From NCBI GenBank assembly GCA_963718615.1, contig OY970368.1, positions 5,696,001-5,760,000 on the forward strand: a DNA stretch of 64,000 bases, read 5' to 3'. The translations under genes were made by a program, and so were the position numbers. Source of the DNA: an uncultured cyanobacterium. GTDB lineage: Bacteria > Cyanobacteriota > Cyanobacteriia > PCC-9006 > JAAUQQ01. This document shows positions 38,526 through 48,404 of the stretch, piece after piece. Position 1 is the first letter of the stretch, and the number at the start of each line of letters is the position of its first letter. The notes under the pieces are model-generated. The model searched no databases, was not told the origin of the DNA, and worked only from the letters and a program-made list of their open reading frames with translations.

Positions 38526-40118
38526 ATGGAATCTAAAAGTTCAACTTCTCCCATCTCATCCCAGGTTGCCCCACCCTTTGGCGCTCCATCTTCCTATTGG
38601 ATCGAGTCGACAGAAACTACTCAGTTTCCTCAAGCTACGTCCGTGACCGTAGATGTGGCCATTGTCGGAGCGGGCATTGCTGGCATCACAGCAGCGAAGG
38701 TCCTAAAAGAGGCTGGAAAAACCGTCGCATTGATTGAAGCAGGAGAGGTGGCCTGTGGTTCGACGGGGGGAACAACTGCAAAGATCACATCGCTTCATCG
38801 GACCATTTACAACCAGCTCATCGACAGTAAGGGTGAAGAAAAGGCCAAACTTTACGGCCAAGCGGCTGAAGGGGCGATCGCCCAAATCGTTAAATGGATT
38901 GAGGAAGAACAGATCGACTGTGATTTTAGTCGGCAAAATGCTTATACATTTGCCCTTACCGAGAAGGACATTGATCAGGTCAAAAAGGAAGTAGAAGCGG
39001 CACAAAGGCTTGGGCTCCCGGCTCAATTTGTCACCCAAACATCACTACCATTTGCGATCGCTGGTGCAGTCGAGTTTTCTAACCAGGCACAGTTCCATGT
39101 CCGAAAATACATGCTCCATCTTGTCAAAAAAATTCCTGGAGAAGGGAGTTATTTATTTGAGCATACGCGCGTTACAGATGTAAAAGAAGAGAAGTCTGCT
39201 TGTCGCGTCTTGACCGAACAGGGAGAGATTCAAGCGAGTGATGTTCTGGTTACGACTAATTTACCAATATTAGATATTGGTCTCTTTTTTGCCAAATCTT
39301 TTCCTCAACGTTCGTACATTATCGCTGCTCCGATCGCGCCTGAAGCAGCCCCCCAGGGGATGTTTATCGGAGTGGGTACGGAGACTCATTCTATTCGTAC
39401 AACGCCCTACAAGGATGGTAAGTTGCTGCTTCTAGTAGGAGGTGAAGGTCACAAAGTGGGAGAAAAGAGCGAAACTGAAACTTGCTATCGTAATTTAGAA
39501 GACTATGCCCAACGGCACTTTGAAGTTGACGAGATTGCCTATCGTTGGTCCAATCAAGATGTTGTTTCCTTTGACAAAGTCCCCTTTGTTGGACCCCTCA
39601 CTCCTACCAGTCAACACATTTATGTTGCGACCGGATTTAACCTTTGGGGAATGACCAATGGTACGTCAGCGGGAATGGTTTTAGCGGATTTAGTTTTAGC
39701 GCAAGACAATCCCTATACAGAGCTCTACGACTCGCTGCGGGTTGATCCTATAGCTAGCACAGCATCACTGAAGCAAAACCTAGATGTCGGACGCCATTGG
39801 GTGGGCGATCGCCTCAAGGGTCTCACCCAATTTTCTTTCGATAGTGTTAAACCTGGCAACGGTAAAATCATTACCCACAAAGGGGAGAAGGTTGCAGCCT
39901 ATCGGGATGAAGCAGGGGCCATTCATGCATGTTCCGCTGTATGTTCTCACCTGGGCTGCATCGTTAACTGGAACAGTGCGGAGCAAAGTTGGGATTGTCC
40001 TTGCCATGGCGCACGCTTTAATGCGGATGGCAAAGTTATGTGTGCCCCTGCCGTTCATGACCTAGAACCCGTGAGTCTATTGGCTACAGAATTTCAAGCA
40101 CTTGATCAGGGAGATTGA
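38526..40118 (+). CDS. FAD-dependent oxidoreductase with C-terminal Rieske 2Fe-2S domain (YhfW-like)
   Basis: IVGAGIAG; CSHLGC and WDCPCHG. Confidence 0.92.
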   Translation: MESKSSTSPISSQVAPPFGAPSSYWIESTETTQFPQATSVTVDVAIVGAGIAGITAAKVLKEAGKTVALIEAGEVACGSTGGTTAKITSLHRTIYNQLIDSKGEEKAKLYGQAAEGAIAQIVKWIEEEQIDCDFSRQNAYTFALTEKDIDQVKKEVEAAQRLGLPAQFVTQTSLPFAIAGAVEFSNQAQFHVRKYMLHLVKKIPGEGSYLFEHTRVTDVKEEKSACRVLTEQGEIQASDVLVTTNLPILDIGLFFAKSFPQRSYIIAAPIAPEAAPQGMFIGVGTETHSIRTTPYKDGKLLLLVGGEGHKVGEKSETETCYRNLEDYAQRHFEVDEIAYRWSNQDVVSFDKVPFVGPLTPTSQHIYVATGFNLWGMTNGTSAGMVLADLVLAQDNPYTELYDSLRVDPIASTASLKQNLDVGRHWVGDRLKGLTQFSFDSVKPGNGKIITHKGEKVAAYRDEAGAIHACSAVCSHLGCIVNWNSAEQSWDCPCHGARFNADGKVMCAPAVHDLEPVSLLATEFQALDQGD

Positions 40119-40360
40119 TGAGCTGTATCACTTTTTCATAGATCTCCTCGGCTGTACCAGTCCCACCTAAACTTTGTAGAGCCTAAATTGTGGGCGGAAG
40201 CATTGAGTCAAAGGTTGGAACGGAGGATGCAGATCGCTTCATGTCCAAATTTTTAAGTCGATTTACAAAAATACTGCTCCATCAAGTAGAAATCGTCACT
40301 CAATATCTATGGCTATTTTGCGATCGCTCATCCTTCAGGCTCAAGTATCTCACCTTTAGC

Positions 40361-40846
40361 TTAACCAAAAAGAAATGGTTTGACCGAAGGAATCATTCGA
40401 GCCAATTCAGTTTCGTTATGCTTGAGCAGATCATGCTTCCATAACGCATCTGTATTATCAGAGCAATCAGTTGAAAGAGTCTCCCCAATTTCTTCAAAGC
40501 TCTTTCTAAGGATGCTCCTCAATTCTTCTGGTTCAGATAGCACTCCAAGCACAAATACTCTATTCTTTAAGTCTTCTGGAATCTCTTCCCATACATAATC
40601 AAATCGATTTTCAACTTCATCAAAATCAACCAATAATACAATCATTCTGTCTGCATATTGCCGCATTGTAGGTGCAAAATCACTCACAAACCTATCTACT
40701 ACTGTTTTCCAACCACGGACGAATGGTAAAACTTGAATCGAACGTTCATTAAGCCTAGAATTAAGCAGAAACCCGTTTGCTATCTCTGAATTGGCGCGAT
40801 CTTCAGGTAATACGAGGATATGTGGTTGATACTTATTAACACTCAT
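40361..40846 (-). CDS. Hypothetical protein, TOPRIM-like (E + DxD), partner of the ATPase
   Basis: ILVLPED and LLVDFD; ATGA-coupled to the ATPase. Confidence 0.6.
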   Translation of the reverse strand: MSVNKYQPHILVLPEDRANSEIANGFLLNSRLNERSIQVLPFVRGWKTVVDRFVSDFAPTMRQYADRMIVLLVDFDEVENRFDYVWEEIPEDLKNRVFVLGVLSEPEELRSILRKSFEEIGETLSTDCSDNTDALWKHDLLKHNETELARMIPSVKPFLFG

Positions 40847-41946
40847 AATTCTGTGTCACCAAGAATTAAGCTGTCTATCAGATCGCCTGTAATAGATATT
40901 TCACTTAGTGATCTGATTAAAGTTGGTTCTAGATGGCTTTTCCGATCAAGTATAAATGTATTTTCACTTGAAAACTTTCGGATTGCTTCCTCATTGTGTG
41001 AGGTCGCTAAAATCTGACCCCTATTCTTAAATGAGCGTCGTAATGACATAACGAAATGCCCAACCTCTGACAAAGAAAGGTAATTGTCAGGCTCATCCCA
41101 GAAGCAAAAAAGTGGCCCATAATATTTGTTGGCAGCTAAGACAATGGCACAAAGAAAGAAGCACTTCTCTCCATCAGATAAGTCTGTAAAGTCAACATTC
41201 AGGTTCATGTTATTCTTTTCAAACCTAACAACCATGCTTTTGAAGTCTTTACCAATCAATTCATTTTGAATATCGCTAATATCCGGCATTACTGCCTGGA
41301 GGTATTTATCAATCTCTTTATAAGCGGCAGGATATCGGCTGAGCAATCCAGAAAACCATTCTCCAAAGTTAGAACCGTCTCGCTTTGGCTCCAAAGTTTC
41401 ACCGTTAGAGTCTCCAGCTATCAAACTCGGAATCGGGGCTAAGATGATCATGCGTGCAAGCCAAGTCCTGAAAATACGAAGCGGATCAGTTTCTGATTGC
41501 TCCTGAATTACTGGAAGAGCGATAAGATGCCAATCTACTAAAAATTGCGCTCCACGATTTCGTGAGGGAAGAGTGACTTGAGCTTCTTTTCTAGAGTAAA
41601 CTGGTTCTCCTGCAACTAACAGTTGTTCTTCAAATACTCGAAGTTCTCTAAAGTTTTCTGGCAGCTCCAGTGCAAGGATATATTTATACAACTTTTCTTG
41701 AAGCAATACCTCTATTTCAAATCGAATTGGAACATCAGATCTCCCAGGAGCAAAGTCCTTAGGCTGAATTAGTTGCCCCACTCTATTGACACCTCGACCA
41801 ATGCTCTGAAGTAACTCTAGCGCACTCGCAATTGTTGATTTACCTACACCATTTCTTCCAATTAAAAGTGCAGATGACATATCCTTGAGGGATAATTCAA
41901 AATTCTCCAAGCATCTGAAGTTATGCACATATAGCCTTTGGAGCAT
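40843..41946 (-). CDS. ABC/AAA_21-type ATPase (AbiEii/OLD-like clade)
   Basis: NFRCL, GRNGVGKS, LSDGE, WDEPD, TSHN; no TM partner. Confidence 0.88.
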   Translation of the reverse strand: MLQRLYVHNFRCLENFELSLKDMSSALLIGRNGVGKSTIASALELLQSIGRGVNRVGQLIQPKDFAPGRSDVPIRFEIEVLLQEKLYKYILALELPENFRELRVFEEQLLVAGEPVYSRKEAQVTLPSRNRGAQFLVDWHLIALPVIQEQSETDPLRIFRTWLARMIILAPIPSLIAGDSNGETLEPKRDGSNFGEWFSGLLSRYPAAYKEIDKYLQAVMPDISDIQNELIGKDFKSMVVRFEKNNMNLNVDFTDLSDGEKCFFLCAIVLAANKYYGPLFCFWDEPDNYLSLSEVGHFVMSLRRSFKNRGQILATSHNEEAIRKFSSENTFILDRKSHLEPTLIRSLSEISITGDLIDSLILGDTEL

Positions 41947-42564
41947 AGAAAAATAACTCCGAGTTTCGGGAAGTGAAGGAACTTTTAGCCAGCCTACAGC
42001 CTACTTAACCAATGTACACTATCAGCAATTTCCAGCGAAATCATATAGTGGACGCCTTGGAGACTAGAAGAAGAATATCCATCCAACGGTAGACTCAGCA
42101 ACTGCCGATTCTTCTCTATCGATTCCCTCATGACTGTTTTCAGATCCACAACCAATATCCAAGCACTAGTGAAAAACCTCTGTAGGGTTCCAGCTAGCTC
42201 ATATTTAGGTGGCACTGCTTCAGCCTATCTACTCTTGTGAGGCGTTATGCCGAACTTCGTTCTGCCCATCTACCCAAACCCAGACGTTATGCCGATTCAA
42301 CTTTGCCTAACACCCCCGATACAGGCTACCATGCCGAAACTCATTAGTCTAATTACTCAATTATAACCTTAGGCCGATTCAAACCGTGCTCTGCGCCTCC
42401 CAGGGAAGCAGGGTCAAAACTCCCCCCCCCAGGCCCAGGGGCAAAACCCGAGGCAGACTGAATCTAACCCCTGAGGGGTATGACAATCTTGTCATTTGAC
42501 TGCCATAAAGGGTTCACATGGAGAGCCTATTGTGAGAAATGTCATCAGTCTCTCCGCACCACCC

Positions 42565-43821
42565 ATGAAGGTCTCAAAATCCCCCTCCCCTGTGTCTAAC
42601 GCCTTGTCGAAAACATTTACTTCTGCTCTAACCCTGGTTGCGCTGGGGGCGGGAGTGGCGACTGCTGGGTCTTACGTGGCTTGGAGCCCCAACTCCCCGC
42701 TACGCGCTGAAAACCAAATTGCCCAGGCCGCGCCAGCGGGAACGGCTCGGACTGATGCGGCTCCGGTTGCGGCGCTAAGCCCCGGTGCAGCGCTAGGCCC
42801 CAATATGATTCGGGATGTGGTCCAGAACACAGGTGATGCCGTGGTGCGGATCAACGCTTCGCGCACCGTGCAAACCAATGTGCCCGACTTTGGCAACGAC
42901 CCCTTCATGCAGCGGTTTTTTGGCGATCAGCTTTCGAACTTGCCCCGTGAGCGAACAGAACGCGGTTTGGGTTCTGGGTTTATCGTTGGCAAAGACGGCA
43001 AAATTATTACCAATGCCCACGTAATTGATGGGGCCGATCGCGTCACCGTCACCCTCAAGGATGGCCGGACATTTGAAGGTAAGGTTTTGGGTGAAGATAC
43101 CGTTACCGATGTGGCAGTGATCAAAATTGAAGGCAATAACTTACCGACCGTTCCCTTAAGCGATTCAGACCAGCTTCAGCCCGGAGATTGGGCGATCGCC
43201 ATCGGCAACCCCCTCGGTCTCGACAACACCGTCACCGCTGGCATCATCAGCGCCACAGGCCGTTCCAGCTCCGAAATTGGCGCACCAGACCAGTTTGTCG
43301 ACTATATCCAAACCGACGCCGCCATCAACCCCGGCAACTCCGGTGGTCCGCTGCTCAATGCACAGGGCCAGGTCATTGGCATGAACACCGCCATGCTACA
43401 GGGTGCCCAGGGATTGGGGTTTGCGATTCCCGTCAACACAGTCAAGCGCATCGCAGACCAGCTTGAGACCCAGGGCAAAGTCGAGCATCCCTTTGTGGGA
43501 ATTCAGATGATGACGCTGACGCCGGAACTCAAGCAAGAGCTGAACAGCAACCCCAATAGCCCGATTTCGGTCAATGCGGATCAAGGGATTTTGATCACCC
43601 AGGTTGCCCCCAACTCTCCAGCGGCGAAGGCGGGGCTGCGAGCGGGGGATGTGATTGACCAGGTCAATGGCGAAGCGGTCACCGAATCTGAAGTGCTGCA
43701 AAAGCAGGTGCGCAATGGGCGGGTGGGCGATCGCCTAGCCCTGTCGTTGCAACGGGGCGATCGCCAGATCAAGGTCACCGTCCAACCGGAAGCCCTGCCC
43801 CAGAATCAAAACCAAGGCTAG
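42565..43821 (+). CDS. HtrA/HhoA/HhoB serine endopeptidase with PDZ domain
   Basis: GSGF, TNAHV, IQTDAAINPGNSGGPL. Confidence 0.95.
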   Translation: MKVSKSPSPVSNALSKTFTSALTLVALGAGVATAGSYVAWSPNSPLRAENQIAQAAPAGTARTDAAPVAALSPGAALGPNMIRDVVQNTGDAVVRINASRTVQTNVPDFGNDPFMQRFFGDQLSNLPRERTERGLGSGFIVGKDGKIITNAHVIDGADRVTVTLKDGRTFEGKVLGEDTVTDVAVIKIEGNNLPTVPLSDSDQLQPGDWAIAIGNPLGLDNTVTAGIISATGRSSSEIGAPDQFVDYIQTDAAINPGNSGGPLLNAQGQVIGMNTAMLQGAQGLGFAIPVNTVKRIADQLETQGKVEHPFVGIQMMTLTPELKQELNSNPNSPISVNADQGILITQVAPNSPAAKAGLRAGDVIDQVNGEAVTESEVLQKQVRNGRVGDRLALSLQRGDRQIKVTVQPEALPQNQNQG

Positions 43822-43831
43822 AACTGCATCG

Positions 43832-44920
43832 CTAGGACTGCATGGCCATCAAAAACGGCTTGGCCAACCAATAGGCCGTGACAATGCGCGAATCCAGGCC
43901 CTCCCCTGACCGCAGCGTCTGCTCCAACTCCTCCGGCGTCATCAGAATGACTTCGATATCCTCGTCTTCATCCTGGTCCGGGGGAGTTTCTAGTTTTTCT
44001 AAATCCGTGGCCAAATAGGCATAGATAATCTCGTCGGAGTAGCCGGGAGCCAAGAAAAATTGGCCCAGCTTTTGCCAGGTTTTGGCGAGATATCCGGTTT
44101 CCTCCTGAATCTCCCGCTTGACGGCGGCCTCCGGCGCTTCCTCGGGCTCCAGCGTCCCCGCCGGAAACTCTAGCAGCCAGCCCTGGGTTGCAAAACGATA
44201 TTGCTTAATCAACACCAGTTTCCCGTCCGAGGTCACCGGTACCGCCAGGGCACCCCCCGGATGGCGGATACATTCTCCCTCCGTGTGAACCCCGTTGGGC
44301 AGTTTGAAATGGCTGACTTCAAAATCAAACTTGCGACCGCGATAGCAAAGCCGCTGCTTGAGGAGTTGAGGGGGTGTACTGCCAGATTTACTGTCGGGTG
44401 TACTGTCGGGTGTACTGCCAACTGTCATATTTGAATCCCAGGGCTGAATCTCTGAACAGTCTACCCCTTGCTTCAACGCCAAGATAGAGCGCTGCAAAAC
44501 CGGATGGACCCAGTCCGGTGCAATCTCCGCCAGAGGAACTAGCACAAACCCCCGCTCTGCCATGCGAGGATGAGGCACCTGGAGCCGAGGCTGATCGAGG
44601 ATGCGATCGCCATACAACAGCAAATCCAAATCCAGCGTACGCGGACCCCAGCGCTCTCCCCGCTCCCGCCCCAAATCCTTTTCGATGGCCAAAAGCACGT
44701 CTAGTAGAGCGATCGCCTCCAGCCCTGTTTCGACGATCACACAGGCATTCAAATAATCCGGCTGGGGCGGACCCACCGGCGGGGTGCGATAGAACTGCGA
44801 ACCGCAGCGCCACTGAATTTGCGCATGGACCTTGAGGCGATCGCAAGCCGCCCCCAGCAGGGCCGGGGAGTCTCCCAGATTGCTGCCGAGGGCGATCGCC
44901 ACAGTCACCAGCGCTGTCAT
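43832..44920 (-). CDS. folK: Fused HPPK (FolK) - NUDIX hydrolase
   Basis: IALGSNLG, RWGPRTLDLDLL, VPHP; then EFPAGTLE...REIQEETG Nudix box in one frame. Confidence 0.85.
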   Translation of the reverse strand: MTALVTVAIALGSNLGDSPALLGAACDRLKVHAQIQWRCGSQFYRTPPVGPPQPDYLNACVIVETGLEAIALLDVLLAIEKDLGRERGERWGPRTLDLDLLLYGDRILDQPRLQVPHPRMAERGFVLVPLAEIAPDWVHPVLQRSILALKQGVDCSEIQPWDSNMTVGSTPDSTPDSKSGSTPPQLLKQRLCYRGRKFDFEVSHFKLPNGVHTEGECIRHPGGALAVPVTSDGKLVLIKQYRFATQGWLLEFPAGTLEPEEAPEAAVKREIQEETGYLAKTWQKLGQFFLAPGYSDEIIYAYLATDLEKLETPPDQDEDEDIEVILMTPEELEQTLRSGEGLDSRIVTAYWLAKPFLMAMQS

Positions 44921-44998
44921 ACACCAAGCCCAAAACGAGTAAGTCCATCTCACCCTAACGGGTTTTGGCCGGTTCGCAGATTAGCGCAGACTGTTGGC

Positions 44999-45172
44999 CT
45001 AAGGTTTTTTCTTTTTCTCCTGCAAATATTTTTCCAAAGCCTTAGCAATCAAATCGCCTGCATCGTCATCCGGGTTAGGCGTCGGTGGCGATGTTTTTTT
45101 CTCGCTGGGCTTTTGGGAAAGCGTTAAAACGGCCACGATCAGAGCGATCGCAAAGATAGCAACTGGAGGCAT
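44999..45172 (-). CDS. Small membrane-anchored hypothetical protein (57 aa)
   Basis: MPPVAIFAIALIVAVLTLSQKPSEKK...LEKYLQEKKKKP*; GAGG 7 nt upstream. Confidence 0.55.
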   Translation of the reverse strand: MPPVAIFAIALIVAVLTLSQKPSEKKTSPPTPNPDDDAGDLIAKALEKYLQEKKKKP

Positions 45173-45397
45173 GATGCAACCTCATGAGCGTTGTAGAACT
45201 GGATAGCGTAGATGGCATGGTCCTGAACCCCTTCAGCAGACGTTTTGACTGTTTTTGACCGCCTGGAAGACGAAATACTGAAGGTCGATCTTGCTTTTCA
45301 ATGTAGCAGGCGCAAAATAAAACAGGGTTAGCAGAAGACAACTGTTTAAATTTCTTGCCAGAATGAGACAAAACCTGCGAGGTTTACGCCTTAATCC

Positions 45398-46378
45398 ATG
45401 TCTTCAACTCAATCTGCATCGGCTCCGATCTCTGCATCTGCACAACAGACCGCGCGATCGCCCCTCCCCCTCCAGCGCTGGCCCTACGCCCTGTGGAAAT
45501 TTTCCCGTCCCCATACGATTATTGGCACGACCTGTAGCACCTTAGGACTCGCTTGGCTCGCTGGGGCGGACCTTGGCCTAACGTTCTTCTGGGCTTGGCT
45601 GGCCTGTATCTGCGGCAATGTTTATATCGTTGGCCTCAACCAGCTTACGGACGTCGCCATCGACCAAGTCAATAAACCCCATCTCCCCGTTGCTGCTGGA
45701 GAATTTTCGCCTCGTCAGGGTGGGGCGATCGTGGCGCTGACCGGGTTAAGTGCGATCGCCCTTGCCCTCTGGCAGGGACCCTGGCTCTTGGCAACCGTTG
45801 TTTCTAGTCTCGTCATTGGCACCGCCTACTCGCTTCCGCCTATCCGCCTCAAGCGCTTTCCCTTCTGGGCTTCGCTCTGCATTTTGGGGGTGCGGGGTGT
45901 GATTGTGAACCTAGGGCTGTTTTTGCATTTTCAGGCCCCCGCTTGGCCCAGTGCCGCTTCAGGCTCGGCTTATCCTTCCATCCCAGCCCCATTGTGGGCA
46001 TTGACGTTGTTTGTCATCGTCTTTACGTTTGCCATCGCCATTTTCAAAGACATTCCCGATATTGAAGGCGATCGCCGCTATAACATTTCAACTTTTACCG
46101 TTCAATTGGGTCAGGAAGCGGTGTTTAACTTGGCCCGCTGGGTGTTGACGCTGGGGTATTTGGGCATGGCGATCGCCAGTTTCATGCTCCCCGTCCGCAA
46201 TCTGCCCTTTGCCGTTGCCCTCCAGTTGGTCCCCTTAGCCCTGTTTTGGGCGCTCAGCTTCCGCGTCAATTTACAAAAAAAGCAACGCATCGCCCAGTTT
46301 TACCAATTTATCTGGGTTCTCTTTTTCCTCGAGTACCTCGCCTATCCTCAAATTTTTCAGCTTCCATCCATTTTCTAG
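45398..46378 (+). CDS. Homogentisate phytyltransferase (UbiA family)
   Basis: FSRPHTIIGT, NQLTDVAIDQVNKP, KDIPDIEGD. Confidence 0.92.
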   Translation: MSSTQSASAPISASAQQTARSPLPLQRWPYALWKFSRPHTIIGTTCSTLGLAWLAGADLGLTFFWAWLACICGNVYIVGLNQLTDVAIDQVNKPHLPVAAGEFSPRQGGAIVALTGLSAIALALWQGPWLLATVVSSLVIGTAYSLPPIRLKRFPFWASLCILGVRGVIVNLGLFLHFQAPAWPSAASGSAYPSIPAPLWALTLFVIVFTFAIAIFKDIPDIEGDRRYNISTFTVQLGQEAVFNLARWVLTLGYLGMAIASFMLPVRNLPFAVALQLVPLALFWALSFRVNLQKKQRIAQFYQFIWVLFFLEYLAYPQIFQLPSIF

Positions 46379-46399
46379 ATTTCCATTTTCTAGGGTTCC

Positions 46400-47212
46400 A
46401 TGCTTCGCCTCTCCCAGGGCCACCTCTCCCTCCTTGATACCTGCCCCCGAAAATTCCAGCACATTCTGCTGGACCAGTTGGCTGCGCCCCATTCGCCAGA
46501 ACAACAGGAGCGGATTGCCTGGGGCGATCGCTTCCACCTCCTGATGCAGCAGCAGCAACTGGCGCTGCCAGTGGAAGCCTTGCTCAGGGGCAATCCCGAC
46601 CTAGAAACCACACTACAAGCCCTACGCCAATCGGCTCCAGACTTGTTTTTGCCCAGTCTTGACGAAACTGCACCCACCCAAGTGCTGAGCGAACATCTGC
46701 GCAGCTTTACCCTGGGGGGATACTCGTTCAGCGTGATTTATGACCTGCTGCTCACCGAACCTGAGCGAGCCCAAATCATTGACTGGAAAACTTATCCTCA
46801 GCCACAACAGGTACAGTGGCTCCAGCAGCATTGGCAAACGCGTCTTTACTGCTACAGCCTCGTGGAAACCAGCGACTATCTTCCCGAACAGGTTTCCATG
46901 ACCTACTGGTTTGTGCGGGGGAGTGAGACTGAGACAACGCCCCAATCTTTGGCGATCGCCTACAGTACCGCGCAACATGCCCAAGTGGCTACGGCCCTCG
47001 CCCAACGCTGCGAACAATTGGACCACTATCTCACAACCTATCGGCGGGGAGACGAGTTGCCCCAGGTGAGCGAAACCCTGGGACGGTGCGATCGCTGTCC
47101 CTTTCAAGAACGCTGTCAACGAGGTCTCTCAGGAGCAGACCCAGGGCGTTTCCCATCGGCTTGGTCTGACCTAGACTTCAGCCTGGAGACTGTTGAGGAG
47201 GTTCTGCCCTAG
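46400..47212 (+). CDS. PD-(D/E)XK nuclease family protein (AddB/Cas4-like Cys arrangement)
   Basis: TCPRKF, YDLL...IIDWKT, QTRLY, CDRCPFQERC. Confidence 0.85.
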   Translation: MLRLSQGHLSLLDTCPRKFQHILLDQLAAPHSPEQQERIAWGDRFHLLMQQQQLALPVEALLRGNPDLETTLQALRQSAPDLFLPSLDETAPTQVLSEHLRSFTLGGYSFSVIYDLLLTEPERAQIIDWKTYPQPQQVQWLQQHWQTRLYCYSLVETSDYLPEQVSMTYWFVRGSETETTPQSLAIAYSTAQHAQVATALAQRCEQLDHYLTTYRRGDELPQVSETLGRCDRCPFQERCQRGLSGADPGRFPSAWSDLDFSLETVEEVLP

Positions 47213-47524
47213 GCATTAGGATTTTTCGCCCAACACCCCACGGGAGCAGATCAAGATGATTAAAATCATGGCTGGAATAGCAACGCCCATGGCTAATTTC
47301 TCCTGATTTGGATAGCGCTTCGGAAAAGACTTCAGCGTGGGGATTGGAGCAGAGGAACAATAACTTGTCCTTATCTGGTCAGAATTTCTGGCCTCTAGGG
47401 GCAATCCCGGAGACTTTATAGAAGCTTTTTAAAGCCAAGCGGGTCTCTCGGGGCGATCGCCCAAGGCCATCAAACAGCAGCTATCAAACAGCAGCTATCA
47501 AAACAAAACCTATACAGCTCCAAT

Positions 47525-47552
47525 AAAAAAGCTGGGGACCTCTCCCCAGCTT
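47525..47552 (-). terminator. Probable intrinsic terminator
   Basis: AAGCTGGGGA-cctc-TCCCCAGCTT stem followed by a U-tract on the minus strand. Confidence 0.65.
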
Positions 47553-47666
47553 GTCCGTCGAGGACCTCTCCCCGACTTATTCAAGAGCCATTGTGATCAA
47601 GAGATGGATTCGGATTCGAGCGTTTGAGATTAGGCCATAAAGTTCAGGGGTTAAGGACAAGAAGAT

Positions 47667-47876
47667 CTAGCGATGAGAAGCCTTGGAATAAGCTTGACTA
47701 TGCTGTGCTTTTTTTAACTGTTCTTCGAGCACGAGATATTCCATGTACTCGCGCATTTCGTCTAAATGCTTGGCCTTTTTTGCCGTGAGTTTTAATTTAG
47801 GCTGCGGGTCTGCTAGACAAACGGACCTGCCACAAAACAACGTAATCAGCGCGATCGCTGCAACTGCTATTTCCAT
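47667..47876 (-). CDS. Small hypothetical protein with N-terminal hydrophobic segment
   Basis: 69-aa ORF with downstream terminator. Confidence 0.5.
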   Translation of the reverse strand: MEIAVAAIALITLFCGRSVCLADPQPKLKLTAKKAKHLDEMREYMEYLVLEEQLKKAQHSQAYSKASHR

Positions 47877-48404
47877 AGTGATTTTCTCTCAGGTGTAGAA
47901 CACCACAACAAGCACAAGGGGGATGAAAATTCACCGATACAGCCAGACCCTAGAGGGGCGCGGTGGTGGTGAGGATGGGCGGGCTGCGCTAGGGGGTGGG
48001 AGTCCTAGGATGCGCCTTCCCGGTGGGAGTCAGCCCTGTAGGGGGCGGTGTCTGTATTTATAGTGCTTTCTAAATTGAGAACTAATCCGTTAAAGCACCG
48101 ATTTCCGTGATAGGGTAAAAACTATTTATTTTGGGGGCCTCTGACAAGGTGGCAAAATCAGCAATTTTGTCCGTGGCTTCCCCGAAAAAGGCCCCCCGAT
48201 GCACAGGCAGCAAAAGCTTTACATGGGTGAGAGCACCGATTGCAAGCCTCGCTTAAAAATCCGTAATTTCTGGGGGGTGACAGCCCCTTTTTGAGTGAGG
48301 GGGGATAAACCTTAGAAATTCAAGCGGCTTTTGAGGGGAATTAACCCCGTAGGGGGCAGCCCCCACCGGCAAGGTGACCTTAGCAAATTAGGGAGCTTCA
48401 CCCA

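Noticed and set aside
17300-42300. Prophage, IS or ICE explanation for the accessory region
   Set aside because: No transposase, integrase, phage structural or conjugation genes recognised; no terminal inverted repeats found.
46400-47212. Cas4-like nuclease implying a CRISPR locus
   Set aside because: Solo PD-(D/E)XK gene in a housekeeping context; no array or other cas genes.
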